From Octopus vulgaris (lineage: Eukaryota): a stretch of 64,000 nucleotides of DNA. The stretch spans positions 1,550,001 to 1,614,000 of the forward strand of contig OX597823.1 in the NCBI GenBank assembly GCA_951406725.2, in the 5' to 3' direction. Shown in pieces: positions 28,613 through 42,097 of the stretch. The notes below the pieces were generated by a model, which searched no databases, had not been told where the DNA came from, and saw nothing but the letters and a program-made list of their open reading frames with translations. The translations under genes and the position numbers were made by a program. The stretch's first letter is position 1, and each line of letters starts with the position of its first letter.

Positions 28613-28708
<96 letters not shown>
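28452..28708. repeat. (TTG)n/(ATC)n/(ATT)n compound trinucleotide tract (other (ATT)n tracts: 18087-18211, 24176-24240, 25051-25190, 62488-62580)
   Basis: Read directly from the sequence. Confidence 0.95.
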
Positions 28709-28709
<1 letters not shown>

Positions 28710-28710
28710 A

Positions 28711-29050
28711 AAGGCGGCGAACTGGCAGAATCTTTAGCATACCGGGTGAAATGCTTAGCAGTATTTCGTCTGCCATTACGTTCTGAGTTCAAATTCCGCC
28801 GAGGTCGACTTTGCCTTTCATCCTTTCGGGATCGATAAATTAAGTACCAGTTACGCACTGGGGTAGATATAATCAACTTAATCCATTTGTCCGTCCTTGT
28901 TTGTCTCCTCTGTGTTTAGCCCCTTGTTGGTAGTAAAGAAATAGGTATTTCATCTGTTGCTACGTTCTGAGTTCAAATTCCGACGAAGTCGACTTTGCTT
29001 TTCATCCTTTCGGGGTGGATAAATTAAGTACCAGTCGAATACTGGGGTCC
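28711..29050 (+). mobile_element. SINE family A, internally duplicated form (further partial copies at 29252-29382, 30306-30428, 54714-54865)
   Basis: Full head plus repeated body. Confidence 0.88.
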
Positions 29051-29082
29051 CATAAATTCCAAGCCTCCTGCTTATAGGAGAA

Positions 29083-29129
<47 letters not shown>

Positions 29130-29664
29130 TACTACTACTACTACTACTACTACTAGCTGGAACCACGAAAAATTCACAGTAAACATAAAAAAATGTAAGC
29201 ATCTGTTAACAGTGTACTGGTTCCATGAGAAATGTTTGCATATTATGACCAACTGTCTTTACGCTCTGAGTTCAAATTCTGCCGAGATCGACTTTGCCTT
29301 TCATCCTTTTGGGGTCGATAAATTAAGTATCATTTGTGTAATCAACTGGCCCACTCCCTTCAAAATATTCAGGCCTAGAAAAGTATTTTGTGACAGTTAT
29401 TGAATATAGAAAATAATGTAACACCAATGACTATACAATCCAACCAAAATATCACATTTAGACAAACGTAAACGGAATTACTATTTAACCTTAGAATACA
29501 TCGTACATATTCAAAGAACCTTAATGTACAAATTGAAATGCAAAAGAACGAATTAATAAATGGATTTATGAATGAAAGTTTGGTAATTGCGTTTATTTCC
29601 ACAACGCAACACTTATTATTGTAAACATGTTTTAACTAACCTAAACTATACACACACAAATACA

Positions 29665-29704
<40 letters not shown>

Positions 29705-30241
29705 TCGAGTTGTGGCTGTAATTCAAAGGGGCCAGCTTTGTCATATTCTGTGTGAGGCTGAATCTCCATGAGAACTACGTTAATGTTATGCATGTCTGTG
29801 GAGTACTCAGCCATTTGTGAGTTAATTTTATCCTCGTGTGGTAATGAAAAGTGAAATTGACATCCAATATTTGGTGTTAGTATTATCTACGTATAAACTT
29901 TTCTTTGGATCTACTGTCTCTCTCCCTTTCTCTCTTTCTCTTTCACTTCCTTTGTGTCCCACTTCTTTTCCCCGTATGATTTAACAATGTATATCTATCT
30001 ATGTATCTACTTCTCTTGCGATGTGATAAACATTTAAAAACACAGAACAAACGCCTTCACCACTCATTGTCGCTTTCACTCTCTCTCTCTTTCTCTCTCA
30101 GTCTCTCACTCTCCCTTTCTCTCTCATTCTCTCTCTCTCTCTCTTACTTCCTCTCTGTCCGTTTCTCTCTCCCTCGCTTTGACACTTCTTTGAAGTAAGT
30201 CTGACGCACATAACAGGTACGTACAGAAACAAAAAGGTAGC

Positions 30242-30306
<65 letters not shown>

Positions 30307-30428
30307 TGCCTTTCATCCTTTCGGGGTCAATAAATTAAGTACCAGTTACACACTGGAGTCGATGTAATCGATTGTCCTCCCCCACCCCCCAAAAAATTCA
30401 GGACTTGTCTCTATAGTAGAAAAGATTA

Positions 30429-30492
<64 letters not shown>

Positions 30493-30498
30493 TATTAT

Positions 30499-30865
30499 TG
30501 AGTGAGTGAGAGAGCCACACATGCCATCAAAGTGACACTAGGGTACCACCATACGAAGCCCAATATACACCTCATGACTACCTGTCAGATAAAGTAACAC
30601 CAGCAACATGCATCACAACCACATTGCGTGGCATGGTGATCTTATATCAAGATAAATGGCGCATGAGCATGCAGGAGGGGACCAGTTAGAATTTTCTTCG
30701 GGTTGATTAACACATTCCTCTCAAAAGGTCCCTGAATAAAGGTTGTTTAAGGATGTTGAACGAAACACCCACGTTTCCAGAAGTGAATTATCCAAGCTCC
30801 AAAGAGTCCCCCTAAACACACGGCTACGATGCTCCCCACTACTTCTGCACATATCGTCAGCCACC
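30499..30865 (-). mobile_element. Truncated second copy of the (ATT)n-associated element
   Basis: Colinear with 24241-24870 and lacks the SINE insertion. Confidence 0.75.
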
Positions 30866-30981
30866 AACCTGTTGCTTCTGCAATTGCCCAACAGTCTTTT
30901 CTTGTCTTTTCTATTTTACGCACCAATAATTTCACACGCACTCACATATTATTTGTATGTATATGCGCTAGTGTGTGCGTG

Positions 30982-31028
<47 letters not shown>

Positions 31029-31545
31029 ATGTTTCTGTCCCAAACTCCCCCACCCACTAAAACATCAAACTAATCAGCACTCGGCCAATTTCCATTCCAG
31101 TTTGATCATCAATGTCCAAAATAGCCTCAGTCACTGGCAACAGCAGCTGATGGCATCAACGTGGTTATTTTAATGGACGTGATTGGTGTGTAGAGAGATA
31201 TAAACAGTCCAGATTATCACACTTTATAAATATATATTTCATATTCACTTTATAAATGCATTTTCCAATTACACACACACACACACACACAGCACACATA
31301 TACTTATATATATACGCATACACACGCACACACACATTTATAAATAGGTTCTCGATCGATACAAAAAATATCTTCATATATTTCATGCTATGCTGTCTCT
31401 ACCAGCTTCCTGTTGCTATCACGTTAAAAACTCAGGTTTGACGGGTGTCATACGAAAATGCATATATATATGCCCACACACACATACACACACACACAAA
31501 CACACACGTACATACACATGTGCAAATATGTATATGTATATATGT

Positions 31546-31706
31546 ATACTTTATTTAAAAGCAGCAGAAATATAACAAAAGCTGTTACTCCGAGTAACAG
31601 GTTTTATTCTATTTCTGCTGCTTTTAAATAAAGCATATTACTCTACCTCTGGTATTTGAGTACTCTTTTTTCCACCTTGTTTCACATTTATGTGCTTACA
31701 CCGGTA
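31546..31706. mobile_element. Penelope-like terminal-repeat fragment with fold-back
   Basis: Reverse complement of 50328-50430; palindrome centred on CTGTTACTC-C-GAGTAACAG (31582-31600). Confidence 0.7.
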
Positions 31707-31884
31707 TGTATGCATGTATAGATAGATAGATACATACATACATACATACATACATACATACATACATACATACATACATACATACATACATACATACATA
31801 CATACATACATACACACAAACATACATACATACATACATACATACATACATACATACATACATACACATACATACATACATACA

Positions 31885-32480
31885 TGATGGTCATCCACTC
31901 GTGACCGAGGAAGACCATTGCCGACCTTCAGGAACATTGTGCGCTCTAGGACTAACTTATATTTTGCATTTCTGGCTCTGTTGGTGGCTAAAGAACCCTA
32001 TTCTTGACAAGCATATACAATTGCAAACATTGCAGACCAAACTTTCCCCATTCACTACCCTAGCAGTGCGCTTTCGAGCAGCACGATTAAATTCTTCGTG
32101 AAGAATACGTGCTCTCCCAAATGTGTCGACCCCTCCTTAGCCTGCTTCCTCCATCTGTGGCGATGACAGGCATCGCTCTCCCAGTCAGTCTCCTGCATAT
32201 TACGGGCCTTTAATGAGGACTTGACACAGTCCTTAAATTGCAGCTTTGGTTTCTGCCGGGGTCTCTTTCCATTCACAAGTTTCCCATATAGCATATGTTT
32301 AGGGATCCTACTATCCTTCATTCTAATAAGATGCCCAGTCCAACGTAACCGGTGCTTGTGCACCATCGCCTCAATACTCAAGGTATCAGCTTTCCTCAGG
32401 ACATGTGTATCCGGAGATTTCAAGGTCCAGCCAACATTCAGGGCGTGTATAAGTCTTGAAAAAATTACAAAAATCGATTC
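31885..32480 (-). mobile_element. RTE (BovB-like) LINE 3' fragment
   Basis: SIEAMVHKHRLRWTGHLIRMKDSRIPKHMLYG...RPRQKPKLQFKD, then a C-terminal C2H2-like finger and a tail running into (TATG)n. Confidence 0.88.
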
Positions 32481-32599
32481 CAAGTGAGAATGCGGTCGAT
32501 AAAGCCGTGGGGACGTGCATTTATACGCGCAAGAACATCAGCTGTTGCGATGTACTTACTGGTACTTTAAGCTCTTCGGTTGCATTTTTGTGTGAATAA

Positions 32600-34158
32600 A
32601 TTCGTTTTTCTTTGGAATAGAAAAAAGTCTGTCTTTATTTCTTCTTTTGCTAATGTCTCAAATTTAGGTTAAATCAGTGTTTCTCAAAGAGGAGGCCTAT
32701 GGGACGGTCGGAAAAGTTCTTTTGAGAAAATTTGGTTTAAATGTTTGACAACTCAGCACCGTCCATTGGACGGGGGACGGCGTTTTGCTCGTATCTATAT
32801 TAAACAGTAATAAATTAGCATCCACGGAAAGCTGGCGAGTGGTCGCATTGAGGAAAGGTGGAATGGCAATTTCTGCTATTGCCAAAGACATTAGCAGATC
32901 AAAGAGTGTTGTTTGAAGAATACTCAAGCTTTATGAAGAAATAAGTTCGTTTGTGTCAATAGAAAAACGGGAGCGATCACGGAAAACCAAGGTTTGAAAA
33001 GACCGTGTTGAAGGACCTTGATACTGCTGCATAAATTTCTCGCCAAGTAAATCGTTATTTGAAGGAAGATGGACTTCGTGCTTGTTCCCCCGCCAGTAAA
33101 CTTCTCATCAGCAGGAAGAATCGAAAAGCGAAGTTAGTCTTTGCCAAAGAGCAAGTACTTTGGACGGGCGACAACTGGTCACGTGAGCTCTTCAGTAACG
33201 AAAGCAATTTCAGTTTGGTTGGCTCTGATGGAAGACAGTGCGTGAGATGTCGTAAAGGTGAAAGATTTCTCCCTAAATGCGTGAAGAAATCAATGAAGTT
33301 TGGAGGTTGAGGTTTAATGATTTAGAGAATGATTTCTACAGCAGGTGTTGGGCCTCTCATCCGGATTCATGCGAATGTAAATGCAGACATATACAAAGAC
33401 AGCGTTCGGCAGCCTGTACCAGCCATGAGGTCATCTCCACCCCAAGTTTACTATTAAGTCCACCCTACTAACAAAATTTAATTCTCATTATCCGGATGTA
33501 ATAAATAATATAAATTATAGTAGTCCATTAAAGCCTTCTTTATTAGCTACAGTATGACTTGACATATAACTCATAAAATAAACCATCGTCAGCCAGTCTT
33601 TATGCAGAGTAATGCGTCACGTCATAATGCTGAAATAACGGTGTTTGGAGCTGACAACATTCCTGTGATTCGTTGGCCAACTCAGAGCCTTAACCTGAAT
33701 CCCACTGAAAACTTGTAAAAGTTATTTGGCAATAAGATCAGAAAGCACCGACCTTCGAATGTTACGATTTTGTGGGAAAATTTTCAGGAAGAATGGAATA
33801 AAATTACATCAAAGCAGCGTGAGAAATTGGTTAAATCCTGTGAACGGAGATATACTGAAGTTATTGAAAATAAAGGAATGTGCACATATTAATAAATTGA
33901 CGTGGATTGTAAAAGTTTCGAGCAAAATTTTGATTTCTTGAATTTTACGCCATACATTCTCTAAATGTGACCGTCTTATATTTTTCAGATAAACATTTTT
34001 CGATTATAAATGATTTAATTATTAATCACTTCCTACAAAATTAATTGTAAATAATGACCATACTTTAAAGCATTTACAGAGAAAATCCTATTCGGAAATA
34101 TGAAGTAGAAATGTAAATATCTTTACTTTCCTATTTCGTCCTCTATTGCGTGCGCTTG

Positions 34159-34160
<2 letters not shown>
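32600..34160 (+). mobile_element. Tc1/mariner DNA transposon, decayed transposase (about 32790-33895) with an insertion at about 33412-33575
   Basis: HTH region AISAIAKDISRSKSVV, then W..ELFSNESNF, KSMKFGG, GVGPLIRI, FMQSNASRH, WPTQSLNLNPTEN; right end abuts TA. The left TIR was not found. Confidence 0.85.
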
Positions 34161-34530
<370 letters not shown>

Positions 34531-34884
34531 TATTCTTTTATTTATTTTATTTGTTTCAACAATTTGACTGCGGCCATCCTGCGCACCACCTTTAGTCGAG
34601 CAAATCGACCCCAGGGAGTATTCTTTGTAAGCCTAGTAGTTAGTTTATCGGTCACTTTTGCCGCACCGCTAAGTTATGGGGATGTAAACACACCAACAAA
34701 TGATGGTCGGGGACAAACACGAACACACACACACACACGCATTTGTCGGTCTGTGGCTATAGTAAAAGACACTTGCCCTAGATCCCACGCAGTGGGACTG
34801 AACCCGGAACCGTGCGGTTGGTAAGCAAGCTGCTTACCACACAGTCACTCTTGCGCTTGTGTGTGTGTGTGTCTATGTACCTGT

Positions 34885-34918
<34 letters not shown>

Positions 34919-35379
34919 GGGGGGGAGGGGGGGATACTTATTTAAATATGGATGTCGATTAAGTCGCCTACCTTCTGAAAGCAATACTTACGTGATAAGC
35001 AGCTGCCTAAAATGCCGACAGTGTTACTTCCTCCACAGATAAGGACATCTGCATGGAGTTATTGTACGTTAAGACAAATACAGCAATTATTTCTGATGTG
35101 GAATATATTTAAATATATTTCTAAGTTCTAATAGAGTTACAAATGGAGCTACAAAATCCTCTTACAGAAATGTTTCCATACATATATATATATATACACA
35201 CACAAAGAAACGTATATATACATATACGTAGGTAAAAATATAAACACAACCACCTACACACACCCCATCCACTCCCACACACATATATACTCGCATACAT
35301 ACATATATATATAAAGGTACATACATACATATGCATACATATATACTTACATACCTACATACCTACACACATAATACAT

Positions 35380-35722
35380 AAATGCATACACATACATACA
35401 TACATACACAAATACATACATACATACATACATACATACATACATACATACATACACACACATACATACAAACATACATACATACAAACATACATACATA
35501 CATACTTACATACATACATACATGTATACATACATACATACATACATACATACATACATACATACATACATACATACATACATACATACACACACATACA
35601 TACATACATACATACAAACATACACACATACATACATACACACAAATACATACACACATACATACATACATACATACATACATACATACATACATACATA
35701 CATACATACATACATACATACA
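35380..35722. repeat. (CATA)n microsatellite
   Basis: Read directly from the sequence. Confidence 0.95.
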
Positions 35723-36589
35723 GAAATCTTTAAATAAACAGAATAATAACATACATATCAATCCTACGTGTTATATCTTTTGTGTGGGCGATATCACACA
35801 CCTCAACAGCAACCCCACCGCCCATCCTACATGGCATTATTGTACGACCTTCCAATGTATCATGTTACCGAAACAATTTACAATGTCATCAAGAGTAAAG
35901 CCTACCCGGGGGTGATTATGGCGAATACATCTGTTGTTGAATAAATCAACACGTATCAAGTCTAGGAATGTTGGCGGGACATCTCCATTAAAATGTCTAC
36001 TAATTCTGAACATAAAATATCTGATAGAGTTGTTCAGAGGAGAAATGTGTTGGCGGGCAGCTTTCAGGTAAAAGTGAACGGAGCATTTCGTTCAAAATCA
36101 AAAAGAACAAAATAACAAAGAGAACATGGACAACTGCTTCGTCATCAAAAGTTTCTCTGCCTTCATTAAACATTCCTAATTCTATCTTTAATTATGTTAA
36201 TTTAATTCAGTCTTTAATTATGTGTACACTCTGCTACGTTAGTAAATAAAAAACGCAACGATTTTCAGACAAGGAAATTAACCAAGTTAACTGTAAAAAT
36301 GAAAACGAACAGTAAAAATAATAAGAAATTTATCGCAGGTCAAACTTATGACCCACGTCTTGTTTGTTATCTAAATTTTAGCGACGGAATTTTAGTTGTT
36401 TGTTAGAAACCAGCCCGTTTATTGCAGGAACAAGTGAAATGTTTAAAACTCTAAGAATCGTACATAAATACATAAGAAGGTGTTTGACCGTGTTTCTCAC
36501 TCATCGATCTCACGATCAGAACGTCTTCTTATGCAGCTACTATGGTCGATGGCAGAGACTAACAACAACATGGTCCACAGAGCTGTAGC

Positions 36590-38090
36590 CAAGAACTGAA
36601 GCCACCACTAATAGAATTAATGTTCCAGATTGACCAATAATGCCTTTTTGTCTTATCAATGAACCCGCTGTCAGCCCTTATAAGGAAATACAAAGGTTAC
36701 ATGACAAGAGCGACAGATGAAAAAAAATAATAACTTCACCCACAAGTTTTCCGTTGGTGACCTTAAACTGTACTTGAGACCAAATGACAGCTAGAAATGG
36801 CCACAACATCTATATGGATGGAGCTTGATCATGTTAAGTGTTCATAGTTCGTAGTAAAGGAAGGAAAAATTGTCTAACAGGTAAGGAATGGGGATATCAA
36901 TGTCTTATCTATCTCCTCTATGACCAGCAATAAATGTTACACCTTACAATGCTTTCGCAGTAGCAGTGCTAGCAGCAACACTTGGGATCTCAGTCTGGAC
37001 AGATGAAAAAATTCACAACTTGGAGGAGTAAGTTCCACATCAACAATGACAGAAACAGATTCTATGTCAAAGAAAGGGTTCGAAGCAGAGGCAGGAGATC
37101 AGTTCGGGCGACCTCCGAGTACCGCATCGCATCACTTAAACAACGCTTACTAAAGACAGAAGTGAGTACAACACATGTCTACTGAGCAGAAGAACTCCTT
37201 CATCGTTACTCTGATCGTATTCAGCTTTTCCATGTGTTTCCGTGGTTGGACTGAATTAATTAAACAGGAACTTGGGAAATAAGTATTCGTTTATATCAGC
37301 AGAAAGTTCTGCGTGGGTACATGTCCCTCAAGCTGGAGAATAAGAACATCATTGACAGGATGTATAGATGCTTCTCGATCTGTGATAGAACCATCACACC
37401 TCATCTAGAAGGTTGTCTTTGTTCTCCAGAACCAGGAGATTAGCAGCTAAATATCTGATCAATAAGTGTGATGATATAGATGTCTCTAAAGCTCCCCATT
37501 GTAATAGAAAATATCGATTATGACTCACATCAGTAGCAGCTGTCCAAAAATATCCGCAAGATATTACAATTCCAAGGGCCGTAACACTGCCACCAAAACT
37601 ATCTACAATTCTGTCTACCGTTATTATTGACCATAATAACGACAAGCAAGAAATAGCACATATTCACACCTTTACAAATAAAGACAATTAGTAGAACCTT
37701 CCAGTAAACGCATCAATCTGGTATAAACACTATCGGCAAGATAATGTTCTAGGGGACGCGGTGGGGAGCTAAGCCATGTGCTTTTGTCGAGATCAGCTGG
37801 CCAGTGGGTGCTTCAAAAAAATTTGTCTAAAAGAAAAATATCTCTGCTGAAATAAGGAGAAATTTGCAGCCCTTACCTCCAAACTAGACATTTTCATTTG
37901 TGCTTTTATCATAGGAGCATTGGGCCATGTAACAAAATATTTCCATAAAAGGCTGGAAGTAGAAGAATTCTCAAACGGAGGGTAAAACAAACTCATTTGT
38001 ATTCTCCAGATATCGCCGATTGGTGATAATAGTGTGAACAGCTATGAAACATTCCAGGGATTCTCCATTTGAGGTTCCCGGGTTCAATAC
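36590..38090 (+). mobile_element. Old R4/Dong-clade retrotransposon relic
   Basis: Fragmentary motifs LSMNPLS, THKFSVGDLKLY, NAFAV..L..TLGI..WT, FHINNDRNRFYV and IIGALG. Confidence 0.65.
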
Positions 38091-38582
38091 ATATGCACGA
38101 TCACACACACATGTACAATACACACTCATACGAATAGCTATTGTGCACACACACACACATGTATGAATAAAATATAAAGAGACAAGCGTACAGAGACAAA
38201 GGGGTGAGACAAAGGAGACATGCATATACACATACATATTTGCACATGTGTGCGTGTGTGTATGTGTATGTATTTGTGTGTGTGTGTGAATGTATGCACG
38301 CATGCATGTTTGCTTGTATGCATGTGTGCATTTATGTATGTATTGTGATATATTTTCAGGGGGAAAGTAGGCAATAGTTAATAGTGAAATGTGCCTCCTG
38401 TGGGTTGTTGGTGACTAGAAGATGAAGAAAGGAAAACTGTGGGAGAAAATAACAGCTAAACCTCGCTGGACTGATGAAGTGGTCAGTTGATACCACAGGG
38501 GAAATTAGAAAATACTGTCGTGAAAAAGCTGATTAATGCAGTTATTGATCTTGCCTAAAATCATGTTTGTTTGAATGGGGTC

Positions 38583-38662
<80 letters not shown>

Positions 38663-38790
38663 CGAGGGAGATACAGTAGGGCAGAAACATGGAGACAGAA
38701 GAAGAAAGGAAAGAATGAACCACAGTAGAAATATCACATACCGTTTACGTTTAGCAAACACTGAATAATAAATAGGCGTTAATCACTTAC

Positions 38791-38883
38791 TGTGACCTCA
38801 TCTTGTCTTGCTTCAACAGACTGAAAGGTTGATACACAGGCCAAAATGGCGGCAATGATCATTACGACGAGAAACTTCTGCAT
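38791..38883 (-). CDS. cerebrin: Cerebrin/PDF-like neuropeptide precursor, first coding exon (signal peptide MQKFLVVMIIAAILACVSTFQSVEA-RQDEVT)
   Basis: Minus-strand exon 38791-38891 is flanked by the acceptor ccttttatatttcAG and the donor ACA|GTAAGT. ATG at 38883 opens 31 codons with a typical n/h/c signal peptide and a V-E-A cleavage site. The phase-0 donor matches the phase-0 exon at 27197. Confidence 0.88.
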
Positions 38884-39406
38884 AATGGAGTCTGAAATAT
38901 AAAAGGAAATTATGGAGGACATAAGCACACACTCATATTATAGATACATCCGTCAATATATATATTAATAATCGGAAGGGCTTACATTGTGACTGAAGGG
39001 CCAGTTGTTGGCACTCATCAAACTGGTTTCAAAACAAGGTGGAGTAATACCGGTAATAATGATATTTTCCTGGATTGTTCCAGAACAAATAATAAAAACA
39101 ATTACCAAGTCACTTGGATAATGCATAATTTTCAAATGTTTTGTTTAATACGTTGTTCAATAAATAAATAAACAAATAAAGGAATATTTCAATGATTTGT
39201 ATTACTCATAAAAATAGAATAATATCAATACAAAAGAAGATATATATATAAATGAACGCAAATATACACATATATAAATACACTTATATATATATACATA
39301 TATTTATACACAGAATTCAGTATGTACAACCGTTAATCCAGGCAAGTTTTTTGTTTGTGTGTGTGTCTCTTTTGTTTTCCTCCCTCCATTTTTTTCTCTC
39401 CTCCTT

Positions 39407-39445
39407 TGTTTCTGTATAAGGGCGTTGGCTCGAAACGTCAAAGAC
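39407..39445 (+). ncRNA. Degenerate minimal hammerhead of the same family
   Basis: TGTTT-CTGTATAA-GGGC gttg GCTC-GAAA-CG-TC-AAAGA. Confidence 0.5.
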
Positions 39446-39574
39446 GTCTTCCTAAGTGTCAAACTAATACACTTTTTCCTGTTCCCTCACCTGTCTCTGT
39501 AGAGTTTCGAACTACATACACATATACACTACTCATACATGTGTCCACATACACAAACAGATGTGTGTGCACAA

Positions 39575-39635
<61 letters not shown>

Positions 39636-39744
39636 CATACAGACACATACACACAGATATACAAGTATCAACATTAACATTACACGAAGAGGGACAAAAT
39701 GAATAAATAAAAAAATAAATAGAGCGACAGAAGCCTTATTAATA

Positions 39745-40141
39745 CCAAAAGGTAGAATATTTGCGTTAAAAAACAAAAGCACTGAAATATTTACCAAGAG
39801 AGAAATCCCTCGCGTGGCTAAGTGGTGCATAAAAGCACATCATCACTATCGTCAGCGGCAGACAATCAGTGCTACTTCCACTGCTCAGACAATCATATCA
39901 TGTGACTTCGACCTGATTTGGCCTTTTCAATGATAGACACCAAGCGGCTGGAAAAAAAATCACGTGATGTGTTTTCGGAGTGGCGGAAGTAGAGGTGATG
40001 GTCTACCGCTGGTAATAGCTATGGTGTGCTTTTATGCACCGAAAAACCACATGAGAGTTTTCTTTCTTGGTAAATATTGCAGTATTTGTGTGTCTTCGAA
40101 TACAACCTCCACTTTTAAACGGTGAATATTTTACCTTTGGG
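39745..40141. mobile_element. Fold-back MITE flanked by TA
   Basis: About 160-180-bp imperfect inverted arms (ccaaaaggtagaatatt...aatatttaccaag...ggtgcataaaagcac versus the mirror copy); TA at 39743-39744 and 40142-40143. Confidence 0.8.
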
Positions 40142-40288
40142 TATGTAAAATGAAAACATTAAAGAAATATAGATATACGTATGTCCATGCAGGGACAAGC
40201 ACACAAGTATAGCGTGGTGCGTCGTTTTTGATTGTGATGGAGGGAGGGAGTGAAATAGTGGCTGTTATCCACACACAAATACATAAAT

Positions 40289-40336
<48 letters not shown>

Positions 40337-40384
40337 GTATATAAGAAAGCAGTGAAAAGACCAGAGGTATACAAGAAACAGCAG

Positions 40385-41500
40385 GAGATTGTTGGAGTAA
40401 TCTGTCAAAGACGACCAAGACTTAGCAACTACAACGCCAAGAAGTGAAAAATATTGATAGCAGGAGCAAGAGGGAGCTCATAGTGCAAAGGATCCTTGAA
40501 TCAACAGAGACGGATCGGTGGGTGATGGCCTTAGGGCTTGCCCACCAAGGGCAGTAGATATAGAGGGACCAGGTACTGCCCTGGGTTTCTAGAAAGAACT
40601 CTGAAGCACTGACCGTGGAAGGTTGTCCTTCCTCTTTTGTTCTTTCGCTGACCTCTTGTCAACTCCGAATAACCTTAAAATATGGGGCAAAGAAGTAGAT
40701 CCTGCAGTGTGGAACAATTCTTTGCAGCCTGAACCCCATTTTGACCGGATTTCTTAAGGCTCAGGGAGAAAACCAACACAAGTGAAGACATGACAAAGAC
40801 TTTGTAGATATTGCCAAATGGAATCATCTGCAAACGGTGAAGGCTAATAAACAGCAGCCGTCACCAAAAGGTATCAAATTCCTAAAGAAAGGCAACAAAG
40901 CCCCAAAGTGGAAGCAAAGGCAGGGCATCCGTTTTATATTTGTGTTCAGGGTCTGAGGTGCAGACTTGTCTTCCCAGAGGAGACAGCAGTAACATTACTC
41001 CGACCGAACATGTTCCTTCTATTCGGAAATACAAAAACAATCAATCATCATGATTGAACTTACAGTGCCCAGGGAGAACAAGCCCGAAGTTTTCCACCAG
41101 CGAAATTATACCAAATATGAGGAGTTGGTCGATGAGGCCTTTGACAAAGCTTGGCACACGGCCTCATTCCCAACTGAAGTCGCTTTCCAGCTGCATTGGT
41201 GCGTTATTTCGTGCAGAAGATAGGTGTGGAACCCAGGCAACTGAAGAAAGTCACTAAGGAGACATGTACAGCAGCTGAAACAAGCTCAAGATTGCAATGG
41301 TTGATAAGACGCTGCAAGTGGAAGCCTTCCGTGGGCGAAAACTAGTTCAGTACTCGCTGCCCGACTTGGGTGAAGTGCACAGGCTAAGGTGGGAAACGCT
41401 TGTGTACCTGAGGTACCTACTGATGATACAGAATGCTTTCCGACATTATGATGAATTGCGATGCATTTAGAAGAAACTTGCGATGCTTCTGAGAAACTCC
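40385..41500 (+). mobile_element. Decayed HERO-clade non-LTR retrotransposon 3' half
   Basis: RHDK, VFPEETAVTLLRPNM and IIMIELTVP (REL endonuclease motif), plus a 3' UTR with gaaac...ctgatga as in the 7.1-kb copy. Confidence 0.7.
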
Positions 41501-42003
41501 AGCAGTTTTTGCTGGGTTAAAGCATCCCTGACGTTTATTTCATCGTTACACACACACCTACACACACACACACATATGAATACATACATACACAAACAAC
41601 GCACATGTATATATGAAGTATACACATATTATTATGCCCATAAAACCTGCATATACACATGCATAAGTATACACATACGCGCACAGACATATCCATGTAC
41701 ACACAAACACACACGTATAAAATACACATTATCAACCTGACGTTGCAATGTTTTATCAAAATGTATCCGAGAAAACCAGGGAAATGCCATTGTCACCGGT
41801 TTATAAATACGATCCCATTGATTTGAAGCCAATTTGATAAGGGCCAACGCACGAACGTCTCGGCCTTTGAGTCTGCCGATTATTAATATGATATAATATT
41901 ATAAATATAGAGAGACCCATGCTTTGAGTTATTTTCCTGTTTACATCAATTACATATATACATATACATACATACATACATACACATACATACATACACA
42001 CAT

Positions 42004-42097
<94 letters not shown>

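Noticed and set aside
35840-36090. Stop-free minus-strand frame (...ISRHFNGDVPPTFLDL...) as an extra exon
   Set aside because: Its phase is incompatible with the precursor and it has no recognisable similarity.
38742-38760. 19-nt micro-exon with AG/GT borders next to the signal-peptide exon
   Set aside because: It would need a 30-nt intron and would break the phase with the peptide exon.
41845-41870. ttgataagggccaacgcacgaacg as a hammerhead remnant
   Set aside because: Too many core mismatches to support.
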